Below, piece after piece: positions 30,063 to 43,622 of a DNA stretch of 64,000 nt. The position numbers were made by a program, and so were the translations under genes. The stretch is from NCBI RefSeq assembly GCF_055900595.2, contig NZ_CM148325.1. One strand, 5' to 3'. Under the pieces are notes generated by a model. The model was given only the letters and a program-made list of their open reading frames with translations. It ran no database searches and was not told the origin of the DNA. How positions within the stretch are numbered: position 1 is the stretch's first letter; every line of letters starts with the position of its first letter.

Positions 30063-30095
30063 AAAAAGAGCCGCAATTGCGGCTCTTAACATTTT
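30062..30095. terminator. Bidirectional intrinsic terminator between convergent yfcD and yfcC
   Basis: AAAAAAGAGCCGC-AATT-GCGGCTCTT with a flanking A-run and T-rich tail. Confidence 0.7.
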
Positions 30096-31615
30096 TAGTG
30101 GTAGCCCATCAACTGAGCGCCGATAACCACGACGCTGGACATAATAAACAGCAGTCCAAGCAGTGTCGCGCCCACCTTCAGCCAGTTACGGAAGTCCACC
30201 CGACAAACACCGAGCGTTGCCATTAACGAAGCTGAGGTCGGGTAAATGATGTGACTGAAGCCATCACCAAACTGGAACGCCAGCACGGTAACCTGACGGT
30301 TAACACCGACCAGATCGCCAAGCGGTGCCAGTAACGGCATGGTTAACGCCGCCTGACCAGAACCGGATGTCACGAAGAAATTAAATACCGCCTGGAAGAG
30401 CAACATAAACCAGGCTGCAACTGCGTTATCCAGACCGCTAATGGCATTGGCAATGCTGTTTAGAATGGTATTTAACACACTGGCATCACCCGCTTCACCG
30501 TTACCGACCAGCAACAAAATCCCTTTGGCGAAACCCACCAGTAGGGCAGGGGCGATCATCATTCGCGCCCCTTCGGTGAAGGATGAAGCCATGGTATTAA
30601 CCGTCATACCGTTTAGGCGGAAAACAACGCCGATGATGCCAATTACTAGCCCCATCGTGAAGAACTGGCTGGCTATTTCTGGAATAAACCAGGCATTGAC
30701 GATAACGCCCCAAATTACCCAGATCATGACGGCGGTTAAAACAATCAATACCAGCCAGTCACCAAAGGTAAATGGACGCTGTTCTACATCCGCCTGTTTT
30801 TCGCGGAAGAAACGATCGGACTCATGAACGCGTGACAACAGCGGATTCTTTTTCACCCGCGAGGCGTACACCATAGTGAAGACCAGACCAATCAGAGTAG
30901 AGATTACCCATACCACGATGCGCAAACCGGAGCCAGAAAGCACCGGAACACCAGCGATCCCCTGAGCAACAACCACACAAAACGGGTTCATCCACGAACT
31001 GGCAAAACCGATTTGCGTGGCGATATAAGTCACCAGGACGGTGGTAATACTGTCATAGCCCAGCCGGACCATTAGCGGTGCGATGATAATGGCAAAGGCG
31101 ACGGCCTCTTCCCCCATACCAAATACCGCGCCGCCAAGTGAAAAGAGAATAAACAAGGCAGGGATAAAGAGAATTTCATTCCCGCGTGTATGCCGAATAA
31201 GTGCCAGGATGCCGTTATCAATGGTTCCTGTACGCATCACGATGCCAAACGCGCCGCCAATCACCAGCATAAACATGATGATGCCAACGGCTGTCCCGTA
31301 TTTCGATCCTGAGGTTAATCCTTCAAACGGGAAATTCATCAGGCCCGGGCGTTCATCGCCCGTCGAGAACAGTTGCACGCGGTGATACTCAGGTTCGCCC
31401 GCCTCGTTAGTCAGAATGCGAAATGAGTGCGGATCTACGACTTTGCGTGTTTTTGTTTGACCATCAACCTGATACTGCACTTCCTGACTGTCAAACATCC
31501 CCACCGGAACTACCCAGGTGGCAAGGCTGGTTAAAATAGCAACAAAAAAGATAATCACCAGCGTATCGGGCATTGCCCATCTTCTGGTTGGTTTGGATTC
31601 AGTGATTGCGGACAT
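30095..31615 (-). CDS. yfcC: YfcC-family (DcuC-like) inner-membrane transporter
   Basis: ORF track 30095-31636; start placed at MSAITESKPTRRWAMPDTL (506 aa); highly hydrophobic polytopic protein. Confidence 0.88.
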   Translation of the reverse strand: MSAITESKPTRRWAMPDTLVIIFFVAILTSLATWVVPVGMFDSQEVQYQVDGQTKTRKVVDPHSFRILTNEAGEPEYHRVQLFSTGDERPGLMNFPFEGLTSGSKYGTAVGIIMFMLVIGGAFGIVMRTGTIDNGILALIRHTRGNEILFIPALFILFSLGGAVFGMGEEAVAFAIIIAPLMVRLGYDSITTVLVTYIATQIGFASSWMNPFCVVVAQGIAGVPVLSGSGLRIVVWVISTLIGLVFTMVYASRVKKNPLLSRVHESDRFFREKQADVEQRPFTFGDWLVLIVLTAVMIWVIWGVIVNAWFIPEIASQFFTMGLVIGIIGVVFRLNGMTVNTMASSFTEGARMMIAPALLVGFAKGILLLVGNGEAGDASVLNTILNSIANAISGLDNAVAAWFMLLFQAVFNFFVTSGSGQAALTMPLLAPLGDLVGVNRQVTVLAFQFGDGFSHIIYPTSASLMATLGVCRVDFRNWLKVGATLLGLLFIMSSVVVIGAQLMGYH

Positions 31616-31733
31616 AGCGCAGATATTCCCTTGCACAAAACAAAGTGGTAAGTATGCAAAGTGAGATGGCGCAATTCATTGATGCAGCGCAGTTAAGCAA
31701 GATAATCAGAAAGGATTAATGCAAATTAAGAGA

Positions 31734-31764
31734 ATAAAAAACCGGAAATAGTGACTATTTCCGG
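31734..31764 (-). terminator. Intrinsic terminator downstream of pta
   Basis: Reverse strand reads CCGGAAATAGTCACTATTTCCGG followed by TTTTTT; a second hairpin ATCCGCAGC...GCTGCGGAT lies at about 31772-31794. Confidence 0.7.
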
Positions 31765-31804
31765 TTCAGGTATCCGCAGCGCAAAGCTGCGGATGATGAC
31801 GAGA

Positions 31805-33949
31805 TTACTGCTGCTGTGCAGACTGAATCGCAGTCAGCGCGATGGTGTAGACGATATCGTCAACCAGTGCGCCACGGGACAGATCGTTAACCGGCTTGCG
31901 CATACCCTGCAGCATCGGCCCGATGGAGATCAGATCGGCAGAACGTTGTACCGCTTTGTAAGTGGTGTTACCGGTGTTCAGATCCGGGAAGATGAACACG
32001 GTAGCGCGACCAGCAACCGGAGAATTCGGCGCTTTGGATTTCGCAACGTCAGCCATTACCGCAGCGTCGTACTGCAGCGGACCGTCGATCATCAGGTCAG
32101 GACGTTTTTCCTGCGCCAGACGAGTTGCTTCGCGAACTTTCTCTACGTCGCTACCTGCACCAGAAGTACCGGTGGAGTAGGAGAGCATTGCAACGCGCGG
32201 TTCGATACCGAAGGCCGCGGCGGAATCAGCGGACTGAATCGCGATTTCTGCCAGCTGTTCTGCGGTCGGATCCGGGTTGATCGCACAGTCACCGTAAACG
32301 TAAACCTGTTCCGGCAGCAGCATGAAGAACACGGAAGATACCAGGGAGCTACCCGGTGCAGTTTTGATCAGCTGCAGCGGCGGACGAATGGTGTTTGCGG
32401 TGGTGTGAACAGCACCGGAAACCAGACCGTCAACTTCATCCTGTTCCAGCATCAGCGTACCGAGAACCACGTTGTCTTCCAGCTGTTCGCGGGCAACGGT
32501 TTCGGTCATGCCTTTGTTCTTACGCAGTTCAACCAGGCGGCCAACATAGCTTTCGCGAACCACTTCTGGATCGACAATTTCAATGCCAGCACCCAGTTCT
32601 ACGCCCTGAGATGCTGCAACGCGGTTGATCTCAGCCGGGTTACCCAGCAGTACGCAAGTTGCGATACCACGTTCAGCACAGATAGCGGCTGCTTTAACGG
32701 TACGCGGTTCGTCGCCTTCCGGCAGCACGATACGTTTGCCCGCTTTGCGCGCCAGTTCGGTCAGCTGATAACGGAAGGCTGGCGGAGACAGACGACGGCT
32801 GCGCTCAGAGGTGGCAGTCAGAGAGTCAATCCAGTCAGCGTTGATGTAGTTAGCAACGTATTCCTGAACTTTCTCGATACGCTCGTGATCGTCAACCGGA
32901 ACTTCGAGGTTGAAGCTCTGCAGGCTCAGAGAAGTCTGCCAGGTGTTAGTGTTCACCATAAATACCGGCAGGCCGGTAGCGAAAGCGCGCTCGCACAGTT
33001 TGGAAATGCGCGCGTCCATTTCGTAGCCGCCAGTCAGCAGCAGGGCACCGATTTCTACGCCGTTCATGGCAGCCAGGCAAGCTGCAACCAGTACGTCAGG
33101 ACGGTCTGCGGAAGTTACCAGCAGAGAACCGGCACGGAAGTGCTCCAGCATGTGCGGAATGCTGCGTGCGCAGAAAGTGACAGATTTCACGCGACGAGTG
33201 TTGATATCGCCTTCGTTGATGATGGTGGCGTTCAGGTGGCGAGCCATATCGATCGCACGGGTCGCGATCAGATCAAAGCTCCACGGCACCGCGCCGAGAA
33301 TCGGCAGCGGGCTGGATTCTTGCAGCTTCGCCGGATCAACATTGTTTACTTTTGCTTTGGAAGAGTCGTCGAAAATCTCGGACAGATCCGGGCGAGTACG
33401 ACCCTGTTCATCAACCGGTGCGTTCAGTTTGTTAACGATAACGCCAGTGATGTTGGTGTTTTTTGCACCACCGAAGCTGTTGCGAGTCAGTTCGATACGC
33501 TCTTTCAGCTGTTCCGGGGTGTCAGTGCCCTGAGACATAACGAAGACGATTTCCGCGTTCAGCGTTTTAGCGATTTCGTAGTTCAGAGACTGGGCAAACT
33601 GATGCTTACGTGTCGGGACCAGACCTTCAACCAGAACGACTTCAGCGTCTTTGGTGTTAGCGTGGTAGTTCGCGACGATCTCTTCCATCAGCACATCTTT
33701 CTGATTGCTGGAAAGCAGACCTTCAACGTAGCTCATTTTCAGCGGTTCAGCGGCTGTCGTGGTGGAAGAGTTCGCACGCACGATAGTCGTGGTCTGATCG
33801 GGCGCATCGCCACCGGTACGCGGCTGAGCGATAGGTTTGAAAACGCTCAGACGAACGCCTTTGCGTTCCATTGCACGGATCACGCCAAGGCTGACGCTGG
33901 TCAGACCGACGCTGGTTCCGGTAGGGATCAGCATAATAATACGGGACAC
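31805..33949 (-). CDS. pta: Phosphate acetyltransferase
   Basis: 714-aa [35 protein letters not shown]...; adjacent to ackA. Confidence 0.96.
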   Translation of the reverse strand: MSRIIMLIPTGTSVGLTSVSLGVIRAMERKGVRLSVFKPIAQPRTGGDAPDQTTTIVRANSSTTTAAEPLKMSYVEGLLSSNQKDVLMEEIVANYHANTKDAEVVLVEGLVPTRKHQFAQSLNYEIAKTLNAEIVFVMSQGTDTPEQLKERIELTRNSFGGAKNTNITGVIVNKLNAPVDEQGRTRPDLSEIFDDSSKAKVNNVDPAKLQESSPLPILGAVPWSFDLIATRAIDMARHLNATIINEGDINTRRVKSVTFCARSIPHMLEHFRAGSLLVTSADRPDVLVAACLAAMNGVEIGALLLTGGYEMDARISKLCERAFATGLPVFMVNTNTWQTSLSLQSFNLEVPVDDHERIEKVQEYVANYINADWIDSLTATSERSRRLSPPAFRYQLTELARKAGKRIVLPEGDEPRTVKAAAICAERGIATCVLLGNPAEINRVAASQGVELGAGIEIVDPEVVRESYVGRLVELRKNKGMTETVAREQLEDNVVLGTLMLEQDEVDGLVSGAVHTTANTIRPPLQLIKTAPGSSLVSSVFFMLLPEQVYVYGDCAINPDPTAEQLAEIAIQSADSAAAFGIEPRVAMLSYSTGTSGAGSDVEKVREATRLAQEKRPDLMIDGPLQYDAAVMADVAKSKAPNSPVAGRATVFIFPDLNTGNTTYKAVQRSADLISIGPMLQGMRKPVNDLSRGALVDDIVYTIALTAIQSAQQQ

Positions 33950-34023
33950 GGTTTATCCTCTTTCGTTACCGCCGGTTTGGCGGGTTACAAAACAGCACCG
34001 CCAGCTGAGCTGGCGGTGTGGAA

Positions 34024-35226
34024 TCAGGCGGTCAAGCGGCAGGCGTCTTGCGCGATAACCAGCTCTTCGTTGGTCGGAATCACAACAGCAGGGCGGGTGC
34101 CTTCTTTGTTGATGAAACCAGATTTGCCGAAACGTGCAGCCAGGTTGCGCTCATGATCAACTTCAAAGCCCAGCACGCCCAGTTTGCCCAGAGACAGTTC
34201 ACGAACCATCGCGGCATTTTCACCGATACCACCGGTGAATACAACAGCGTCCAGACGACCATCCATCAGCGCGGTGTAGGCACCGATGTATTTCGCCAGA
34301 CGGTGGCAGTAAACGTCCATTGCGCGCTTCGCGTCTTCTTTTGTCGCGTAGTTGTCTTCAACATAACGGCAGTCGCTGGTGACTTCGGTCAGACCCAGCA
34401 GGCCAGACTCTTTGGTCAGCATTTTGTTGATTGCGTCAACGCTCATGCCCAGAGTGTCGTGCAGGTGGAAGATGATCGCAGGATCGATATCGCCAGAGCG
34501 AGTACCCATTACCAGACCTTCCAGCGGGGTCAGACCCATAGAGGTGTCAACGCATTTACCGTTGCGGATAGCAGAAACGGAACCACCGTTACCCAGGTGG
34601 CAGGTGATGATGTTCAGCTCTTCTACCGGTTTGTTCAGCATTTTTGCCGCTTCCTGGGTTACATAGAAGTGGCTGGTGCCGTGCGCGCCGTAACGACGGA
34701 TGCCGTGCTCTTTGTACAGGTTGTACGGCAGGGCGTAGAGGTAAGACTCTTCCGGCATAGTCTGGTGGAACGCGGTGTCAAATACAGCAACGTTTTTGTC
34801 TTTCAGCTGAGGGAAAGATTTCAGTGCTTCTTCGATACCGATCAGGTGAGCCGGGTTGTGCAGCGGTGCAAAAGAAGCTGCATCTTTGATACCCTGAATA
34901 ACAGACTCATCGATCACTACGGAGCTGGTATACTTTTCGCCGCCGTGTACGATACGGTGACCGATAGCGGTCAGCTGCGCAGACAGTTCTGGTTTTTGTG
35001 CCAGAATAGTATTAACGATAAAGTTGAGCGCTTCGCTGTGAGCGGCGCCTGCACCTAAAGCCGCTTCCTGTTTATTGCCGTCCATTTTCCATTTGATACG
35101 TGCTTCGGGCAGGTGGAAACATTCGGCTAAACCAGAAAGGTACTCTTCACCATTTACTGCATCGATGATTGCAAATTTCAGTGAAGAACTACCGCAGTTC
35201 AGAACCAGTACTAACTTACTCGACAT
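34024..35226 (-). CDS. ackA: Acetate kinase
   Basis: 400-aa [25 protein letters not shown] (ASKHA fold). Confidence 0.96.
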   Translation of the reverse strand: MSSKLVLVLNCGSSSLKFAIIDAVNGEEYLSGLAECFHLPEARIKWKMDGNKQEAALGAGAAHSEALNFIVNTILAQKPELSAQLTAIGHRIVHGGEKYTSSVVIDESVIQGIKDAASFAPLHNPAHLIGIEEALKSFPQLKDKNVAVFDTAFHQTMPEESYLYALPYNLYKEHGIRRYGAHGTSHFYVTQEAAKMLNKPVEELNIITCHLGNGGSVSAIRNGKCVDTSMGLTPLEGLVMGTRSGDIDPAIIFHLHDTLGMSVDAINKMLTKESGLLGLTEVTSDCRYVEDNYATKEDAKRAMDVYCHRLAKYIGAYTALMDGRLDAVVFTGGIGENAAMVRELSLGKLGVLGFEVDHERNLAARFGKSGFINKEGTRPAVVIPTNEELVIAQDACRLTA

Positions 35227-35563
35227 GGAAGTACCTATAATTGATACGTGGCTAAAAAAACGTCAGGGAGCCATAGAGCGTAGCGCATGATGACACTGAC
35301 ATTTATGATTAACATCATGCACTGCAAATTTTTTTTGCATGATGGAAGAAATATCTTGAGTCTATGCCATTTTGCGTAATTTTCAGCCAATGGCATAATG
35401 TATATGAATTTGACGACTCAATGAATATGTACTACTTAGGCCTTCAGGCTGCTAAAGGATACCTGATAGTGGGTATGGAAGACAAAATGTTTTGAACGTT
35501 GTCCCGCTGAGTTGTGAATTTGCACAAATTTTTGAATCTTTATATGTGAAGTTGAGGTGAAGC

Positions 35564-36019
35564 ATGTCAACGCCGGATAATCGTTCTGTTAATTTTTTTA
35601 GCTTGTTTCGCCGGGGACAGCATTACTCAAAGACGTGGCCGTTGGAAAAACGCCTTGCCCCGGTCTTTGTCGAAAATCGCGTTATCAAGATGACGCGCTA
35701 TGCGATCCGTTTTATGCCGCCAATCGCCGTATTTACTCTCTGCTGGCAGATTGCCCTGGGCGGTCAGCTGGGCCCGGCAGTTGCCACTGCGCTGTTCGCC
35801 TTAAGTTTACCCATGCAAGGACTATGGTGGCTGGGCAAGCGTTCTGTAACGCCATTACCTCCTGCAATCCTTAACTGGTTTTATGAAGTTCGCGGTAAAT
35901 TGCAAGAGTCTGGACAGGTGTTGGCACCCGTTGAAGGTAAGCCTGATTACCAGGCATTAGCTGACACGCTTAAGCGTGCCTTCAAACAACTGGATAAAAC
36001 TTTCCTTGATGATTTGTAA
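35564..36019 (+). CDS. yfbV: UPF0208-family membrane protein
   Basis: 151-aa ORF with two hydrophobic segments; divergent from ackA. Confidence 0.85.
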
Positions 36020-36023
36020 TTGA

Positions 36024-36596
<573 letters not shown>

Positions 36597-36606
36597 GGAG
36601 GCCCAT

Positions 36607-37257
36607 GTGCGGTGCAAAGGTTTTCTGTTTGATCTTGATGGAACGCTGGTGGACTCCCTGCCTGCGGTAGAACGGGCGTGGAGCAACTGGGCCAGACGTC
36701 ATGGGTTAGCGCCGGAAGAGGTGCTGGCTTTCATTCACGGTAAACAGGCCATCACCTCTTTGCGCCATTTTATGGTGGGCAAATCCGAGGCAGACATTGC
36801 TGCCGAATTTACGCGTCTGGAGCAAATCGAGGCCACGGAAACCGAAGGTATTACCGCACTTCCGGGGGCAGTCGCTTTACTCAATCATCTGAATAAAGTG
36901 GGGATTCCATGGGCCATTGTGACGTCTGGCTCCATGCCCGTAGCGCGAGCGCGCCACAAAATAGCCGGACTTCCCGCGCCAGAGGTGTTTGTAACCGCTG
37001 AGCGAGTGAAGCGCGGAAAACCAGAACCTGATGCGTATCTGTTAGGCGCGCAGCTGCTGGGGCTTGCGCCGCAGGAGTGTGTGGTGGTGGAAGATGCTCT
37101 CGCTGGCGTGCTTTCAGGCCTGGCGGCGGGTTGCCATGTGATTGCAGTTAACGCTCCGGCAGATACCCCGCGCCTGAATGAGGTCGATTTAGTCCTCCAC
37201 AGTCTGGAGCAAATTACTGTGACCAAACAGCCAAATGGCGATGTTATTATTCAGTGA
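36607..37257 (+). CDS. hxpA: HAD-superfamily hexitol/sugar phosphatase
   Basis: ORF track 36562-37257; start placed at the GTG giving (M)RCKGFLFDLDGTLVDS, with GAGGAGG 6 nt upstream. Confidence 0.85.
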   Translation: MRCKGFLFDLDGTLVDSLPAVERAWSNWARRHGLAPEEVLAFIHGKQAITSLRHFMVGKSEADIAAEFTRLEQIEATETEGITALPGAVALLNHLNKVGIPWAIVTSGSMPVARARHKIAGLPAPEVFVTAERVKRGKPEPDAYLLGAQLLGLAPQECVVVEDALAGVLSGLAAGCHVIAVNAPADTPRLNEVDLVLHSLEQITVTKQPNGDVIIQ

Positions 37258-37275
37258 AACACCTGATCATGATTT

Positions 37276-37300
37276 AGCCCCGTCTCGTCGGGGCTTTTTT
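37276..37300 (+). terminator. Intrinsic terminator downstream of hxpA
   Basis: AGCCCCG-TCTCGT-CGGGGCT followed by TTTTTT. Confidence 0.8.
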
Positions 37301-37343
37301 ATGGCAGAATCAAGTCATCCCCCTCAATTAACAAGGATAAGTT

Positions 37344-39176
37344 GTGAACGGTGAATTGATTTGGGTTCTTTCATTACTGGCCGTTGCCATCGTCTTGTTT
37401 GCGACGGGCAGAGTGCGTATGGATGCGGTCGCTTTGTTTGTTATTGTCGCGTTTGCATTAAGCGGAACGCTGACGGTCCCCGAAGTATTTTCCGGCTTTT
37501 CCGATCCTAACGTTGTCCTGATTGCCGCCTTGTTCATTATTGGCGATGGTTTGGTCCGTACCGGTGTTGCCACCGTAATGGGGACATGGCTGGTCAAAGT
37601 GGCAGGCAACAGTGAAATCAAAATGTTGGTTTTGTTGATGCTGACCGTCGCGGGGCTTGGCGCGTTTATGAGTTCAACCGGCGTTGTCGCTATCTTTATT
37701 CCCGTGGTGTTAAGCGTTGCCATGCGTATGCAAACGTCGCCGTCGCGCCTGATGATGCCGTTAAGTTTTGCCGGGCTGATAAGCGGCATGATGACGCTGG
37801 TGGCGACGCCGCCGAACCTGGTAGTCAACAGTGAATTGCTGCGTGAAGGCTATCATGGTTTTAGTTTCTTTAGCGTAACACCTATTGGCCTGGTCGTGCT
37901 GGTGCTGGGTATTTTGTATATGTTAGTGATGCGTTTCATGCTGAAAGGGGATACCCAGACCCCACAGCGCGAAGGCTGGACGCGTCGAACTTTTCGCGAT
38001 CTTATTCGTGAATATCGACTGACCGGGCGTGCGCGTCGTCTGGCTATTCGCCCCGGTTCGCCTATGATTGGTCAACGGCTGGACGATCTCAAATTACGTG
38101 AGCGTTATGGTGCTAACGTCATCGGTGTTGAACGCTGGCGGCGTTTTCGTCGCGTTATCGTGAATGTTAACGGGGTTTCTGAATTTCGCGCGCGTGACGT
38201 TTTGCTTATTGATATGTCTGCGGCTGATGTCGATCTCCGGCAATTCTGTAGTGAGCAATTGCTGGAGCCGATGGTACTACGCGGCGAGTATTTTTCTGAC
38301 CAGGCACTTGATGTGGGCATGGCAGAGATTTCATTAATTCCTGAGTCAGAACTTATTGGTAAATCGGTGCGCGAAATTGGTTTTCGTACCCGCTACGGAC
38401 TGAATGTGGTGGGGCTAAAGCGCAATGGCGAGGCGATGGAAGGTTCGCTGGCGGATGAGCCTCTGCTGCTGGGCGATATCATCCTGGTTGTGGGTAACTG
38501 GAAACTGATCGGTATGCTGGCAAAACAGGGGCGTGACTTTGTGGCGCTGAACTTACCCGAAGAGGTAAGTGAAGCATCGCCAGCACACAGTCAGGCACCT
38601 CATGCCATTTTTTGCCTGGTGTTGATGGTAGCGTTAATGCTTACCGATGAAATCCCTAATCCTGTTGCCGCTATCATCGCCTGCCTGCTGATGGGGAAAT
38701 TCCGTTGTATCGATGCTGAAAGCGCCTATAAATCCATTCACTGGCCGAGCATTATTTTGATCGTTGGGATGATGCCGTTTGCTGTGGCATTACAGAAAAC
38801 GGGAGGTGTCGCGCTGGCGGTGAAAGGGCTGATGGACATTGGCGGCGGTTACGGGCCACATATGATGCTGGGTTGTTTGTTTGTCTTGTCGGCGGTTATT
38901 GGGCTATTTATCTCTAATACCGCAACGGCGGTGTTGATGGCTCCGATTGCGCTGGCTGCTGCCAAAACGATGGGTGTGTCGCCTTATCCATTTGCGATGG
39001 TCGTGGCGATGGCAGCATCCGCCGCCTTTATGACACCGGTTTCTTCACCTGTTAACACACTGGTTTTAGGCCCGGGAAATTACAGCTTCAGTGACTTTGT
39101 GAAGTTGGGGGTACCGTTCACCATTATCGTGATGGCGGTTTGTGTGGTGATGATCCCGATGCTGTTTCCGTTTTGA
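37344..39176 (+). CDS. yfbS: Putative anion transporter with two central TrkA-C domains
   Basis: 610-aa ORF, GTG start; hydrophobic N- and C-terminal halves flank a soluble middle with RCK_C-like repeats. Confidence 0.88.
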   Translation: MNGELIWVLSLLAVAIVLFATGRVRMDAVALFVIVAFALSGTLTVPEVFSGFSDPNVVLIAALFIIGDGLVRTGVATVMGTWLVKVAGNSEIKMLVLLMLTVAGLGAFMSSTGVVAIFIPVVLSVAMRMQTSPSRLMMPLSFAGLISGMMTLVATPPNLVVNSELLREGYHGFSFFSVTPIGLVVLVLGILYMLVMRFMLKGDTQTPQREGWTRRTFRDLIREYRLTGRARRLAIRPGSPMIGQRLDDLKLRERYGANVIGVERWRRFRRVIVNVNGVSEFRARDVLLIDMSAADVDLRQFCSEQLLEPMVLRGEYFSDQALDVGMAEISLIPESELIGKSVREIGFRTRYGLNVVGLKRNGEAMEGSLADEPLLLGDIILVVGNWKLIGMLAKQGRDFVALNLPEEVSEASPAHSQAPHAIFCLVLMVALMLTDEIPNPVAAIIACLLMGKFRCIDAESAYKSIHWPSIILIVGMMPFAVALQKTGGVALAVKGLMDIGGGYGPHMMLGCLFVLSAVIGLFISNTATAVLMAPIALAAAKTMGVSPYPFAMVVAMAASAAFMTPVSSPVNTLVLGPGNYSFSDFVKLGVPFTIIVMAVCVVMIPMLFPF

Positions 39177-39181
39177 CAAGA

Positions 39182-39232
39182 GCCTGATGTCGCATCCGGC
39201 GCTTATTGCCTGATGCGACGCAGACTCCGGCT
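39182..39232. repeat. REP palindromic element
   Basis: GCCTGATGTCGCATCCGGCGCTTATTGCCTGATGCGACGC between the convergent yfbS and yfbR. Confidence 0.8.
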
Positions 39233-39234
39233 GC

Positions 39235-39834
39235 TTACAGCGGTGAATCCTGGCTAATCTCATCGAGCGAAAGATGGAAGCTGGGAACAAAGACTTCCAT
39301 GAAGTAGTCCATCTCCTGGCTGCGGCGCGCTTCAAGCGTCGCTTCCAGTCGCGTTTTTGCCAGCAAGAATTCATTATTTCCCGCCGCGAGTTCTTCCAGA
39401 CATTTCAGATATGCACACAGTGCATCTGCCTGTTTCACCAGAGATTTCTCTTCATCGCTGTATGCATGCTCGTCAATTAACGGCGCAAAAATATCCTGCA
39501 GCTCTTCCGGAACCATATCGACCAGTTTTTGCTGAGCGATTTTTTCAATAGCCTTGTATTCCTGAGCGATTTGCGAATTGAAGTATTTCACCGGGGTAGG
39601 GAGATCGCCGGTAAGCACTTCTGAGGCATCGTGGTACATCGCCAGTAAAGCGATACGTTCGGCGTTGACATTACCGCCAAATTTACGATTTTTGATAGCT
39701 GCCAGCGCATGGGCGACCATCGCTACCTGCAAACTGTGTTCGGACACATTTTCCGTCCGCACGTTGCGCATTAGCGGCCAGCGGTTAATGAGTTTCAGGC
39801 GGGAGAGATGGGCAAAAAAATGGCTCTGTTTCAT
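39235..39834 (-). CDS. yfbR: 5'-deoxynucleotidase (HD domain)
   Basis: 199-aa ORF with HD motifs VSEHSLQVA and [11 protein letters not shown]. Confidence 0.9.
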   Translation of the reverse strand: MKQSHFFAHLSRLKLINRWPLMRNVRTENVSEHSLQVAMVAHALAAIKNRKFGGNVNAERIALLAMYHDASEVLTGDLPTPVKYFNSQIAQEYKAIEKIAQQKLVDMVPEELQDIFAPLIDEHAYSDEEKSLVKQADALCAYLKCLEELAAGNNEFLLAKTRLEATLEARRSQEMDYFMEVFVPSFHLSLDEISQDSPL

Positions 39835-39917
39835 AGTGACCTTACGTATGATGACATCATCAGGTCATTGTGGCGGGATAACACTGCCGGATGCAATCTC
39901 CGGCAGTGAAATTAAGA

Positions 39918-41135
39918 TTACAGCTGATGATAACCAGAAAGGAAACGCGCGAACTTACTCAAAGACAGCTCGATATCATCAACACGTGGTAGTGTGACAA
40001 TGCGGAAGTGATCCGGCCACGGCCAGTTGAATGCTGTCCCTTGAACCAGCAGGACTTTTTCCTGCAACAGGAAATCCAGCACCATTTTCTGGTCGTCGTG
40101 AATGTTAAAGCGTTTAGCGTCGATTTTCGGGAACATATACAGCGCACCGCGCGGTTTCACGCAGGAAACGCCCGGAATGTCGTTGATCAATTCCCACGCG
40201 CGGTTACGCTGCTCATAAAGACGCCCGCCGGGAGTAATAAATTCACTGATGCTCTGATAACCGCCTAGTGCGGTCTGAATGGCGTGTTGCGCAGGAACGT
40301 TAGCACACAGGCGCATCGAAGCCAGCATTTCCAGACCTTCGATGTAACCTTTAGCGTGTTTTTTCGGCCCGTTCAGCACCATCCACCCCTGACGGAAGCC
40401 TGCAACGCGGTACGTTTTCGACAATCCGTTAAAGGTAATGGTCAGCAGATCAGGTGCCAGCGGCGCAATTGAGTGATGCTCAGCGTCATCGTAGAGAATT
40501 TTGTCATAAATTTCATCGGCGAAGATAATGAGATTATGCTGACGTGCAATCTCCACTATCTCCATTAAAAGCTCTTTGGAATAAACTGCGCCGGTTGGGT
40601 TATTTGGGTTGATAATAACGATTCCACGCGTACGAGGCGTAATTTTAGCGCGAATATCATCAAGGTCCGGGAACCAGTCAGAGGATTCATCGCAAAGATA
40701 ATGCACCGCTTTACCGCTGGAGAGCGAAACCGCCGCAGTCCAAAGAGGGTAATCAGGCGCAGGAACTAACATTTCGTCCCCGCTGTTCAGCAATGCCTGC
40801 ATTGCCTGAACGATAAGCTCCGATACACCATTGCCGATGTAAATATCTTCCACGGTAACATCACGCATGCCACGAGCCTGGTAGTGCTGCATGATGGCTT
40901 TACGCGCGGAGTAAAGCCCTTTGGAATCGCAATACCCTTGAGCGGTAGGCAGGTTGCGAATCACGTCAACGAGGATTTCATCTGGCGCGTCAAAACCGAA
41001 CGGGGCAGGATTGCCGATGTTCAGTTTCAGTACCTTGTTACCTTCTTCTTCCAGGCGTTTTGCTTCTTTCAGCACCGGACCACGGATGTCGTAACAGACA
41101 TTCTCTAATTTGCTGGATTTTTCAATGGGGGACAT
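39918..41135 (-). CDS. alaA: Glutamate-pyruvate aminotransferase
   Basis: 405-aa ORF, class I aminotransferase; PLP-lysine context FNGLSKTYRVAGFR. Confidence 0.93.
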   Translation of the reverse strand: MSPIEKSSKLENVCYDIRGPVLKEAKRLEEEGNKVLKLNIGNPAPFGFDAPDEILVDVIRNLPTAQGYCDSKGLYSARKAIMQHYQARGMRDVTVEDIYIGNGVSELIVQAMQALLNSGDEMLVPAPDYPLWTAAVSLSSGKAVHYLCDESSDWFPDLDDIRAKITPRTRGIVIINPNNPTGAVYSKELLMEIVEIARQHNLIIFADEIYDKILYDDAEHHSIAPLAPDLLTITFNGLSKTYRVAGFRQGWMVLNGPKKHAKGYIEGLEMLASMRLCANVPAQHAIQTALGGYQSISEFITPGGRLYEQRNRAWELINDIPGVSCVKPRGALYMFPKIDAKRFNIHDDQKMVLDFLLQEKVLLVQGTAFNWPWPDHFRIVTLPRVDDIELSLSKFARFLSGYHQL

Positions 41136-42051
41136 GAATCTTGACCTTTTTTGCTGTTATCGCCACTCCCTGCCGTGGAAGTCAGCTTAGAACAATGTAC
41201 TCCCCCAGGACGGCGTTTTGAAGGTCTGCAGAATAAGATTTTGCCAGAGGGGAAGACTCGATTGTGCTGTTAATAACTTAATAATGGCAAAATAATGAGG
41301 TGTATATGCTTAGTAATTAATGTTATGTAGTGAATTGTTCTGATTCTTAATTGTGAGTGTGGTTTTTTTATCTGTAAGATAATTGTTTGAAAATGCCTCG
41401 TTTAAGAATTCACTAATGAATCGTGATGATGATATTTCCGCATTACGGAGAGTTTAACAGCGTGATGATTTCCGAGGTGTCGTAATGGGTGCAAGGTGTG
41501 AAACTATTGTTAAGCGGGATTAATGAATGAGGATGATGCTAATTAATTATTATTTAATATTCAAAAAGGTTTTGTTGTGCTTATTAATAATAGAAGATTA
41601 CTTTGCCTAACATAACATAACTTTGCATCAGATAATTCGCAATGACCCTTATAAATAAAAGGTTTTTGGGGTAAAATGCTCGCATAAATGACGGATCCCT
41701 GCTCTTGATGCCGCCTCACCATTGCTGTTTGTACGTGTTCGCGTATGACCAGCGATGCTGCACGAGAGTGGAACAAGGACTCACATTTACATTTATACAA
41801 ACACGCGCATGTCATAAATACAAAAGAGTGAGTAACTTAATAGATATGCGATTCCTGAAGATATATTCTGTGATCTACTTCAGGCATTATAACGGAACAA
41901 TGTGAGTCGCTTTTTTAGTGCAACTCATATGCATTTTTACTTTCGTCCGGGTTCCGGATGAAACTGCCAGGGAGGCACATTACAAATGGAATTGCTTGTT
42001 TGTGTGTGCACAGCATTAACCAGCTCAGTACGAGCCGCCAGTAAGTGATAA

Positions 42052-42993
<942 letters not shown>

Positions 42994-43036
42994 TCGACGG
43001 ACCATAGATAATTCCTGGGACAATAGTGTAAAAACG

Positions 43037-43076
43037 AGCCGCTGGGGGTGTTTTAAACCCCAGCGGCTTTTTTTTA
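43037..43076 (+). terminator. Intrinsic terminator downstream of lrhA
   Basis: AGCCGCTGGGGGT-loop-ACCCCAGCGGCT followed by TTTTTTTT. Confidence 0.85.
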
Positions 43077-43622
43077 GTAAAAAGCCTTCCTCGTATCGTG
43101 CAGAACGCACAAAACTGTTCATTTTTCAATCAACAGAGATTCACGTCCCGAACGCACAAATAATCGCCTGAAAAAAATCACCTGCTACAATGATGTTAAA
43201 AAATACGTAAATTTGTTGCTGCGTTTTTGTTATGGAATGACAAAAGCGTGTCACAGATCAAGAAAATACTCTCTTTTGGGGGGAGGAATCGACACAAATT
43301 CCTGTCAAAATAGACCCGTATTTTTTCCATTGCTTCACAACGGACACGATTCAACAACATCTAATTATCCTGGAGTCGTCAAGGATCTGGGGTGAAAGGG
43401 CATTAAATGCTAATGGTGTTGATATTATGTAAACTAATGTGAAGAAACTTTTGTTAAAGTTGACAAAAGGTTATAGAAAGGAGTAAAAGACCACATCAAT
43501 TAGCTGTATAAAAGAGTTTCTACAGTGATTGTAAGGTTTTTTTTATTCCTCCCCATGAATCGATGTGGCGTCCATCTGCCGTGAAGAGCAGTGAATCTGG
43601 CGCTACTTTTGATGAGTAAGCA

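Noticed and set aside
31751-34156. An 801-codon open frame on the + strand, which would be the largest protein in the window.
   Set aside because: It lies entirely antisense to pta and the ackA 3' end; the translation is low-complexity (R/G/V/Q-rich) with no recognisable domain, while pta on the opposite strand is unmistakable. This is the usual stop-codon-poor shadow frame of a codon-biased gene.
41527-41610. A 27-codon hydrophobic ORF (MRMMLINYYLIFKKVLLCLLIIEDYFA) in the alaA-lrhA gap as a possible small membrane protein.
   Set aside because: There is no credible Shine-Dalgarno upstream, and the I/L/N/Y/K/F composition is what random AT-rich DNA yields; it also overlaps equally arbitrary ORFs on the other strand. 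Not reportable without ribosome-profiling support.
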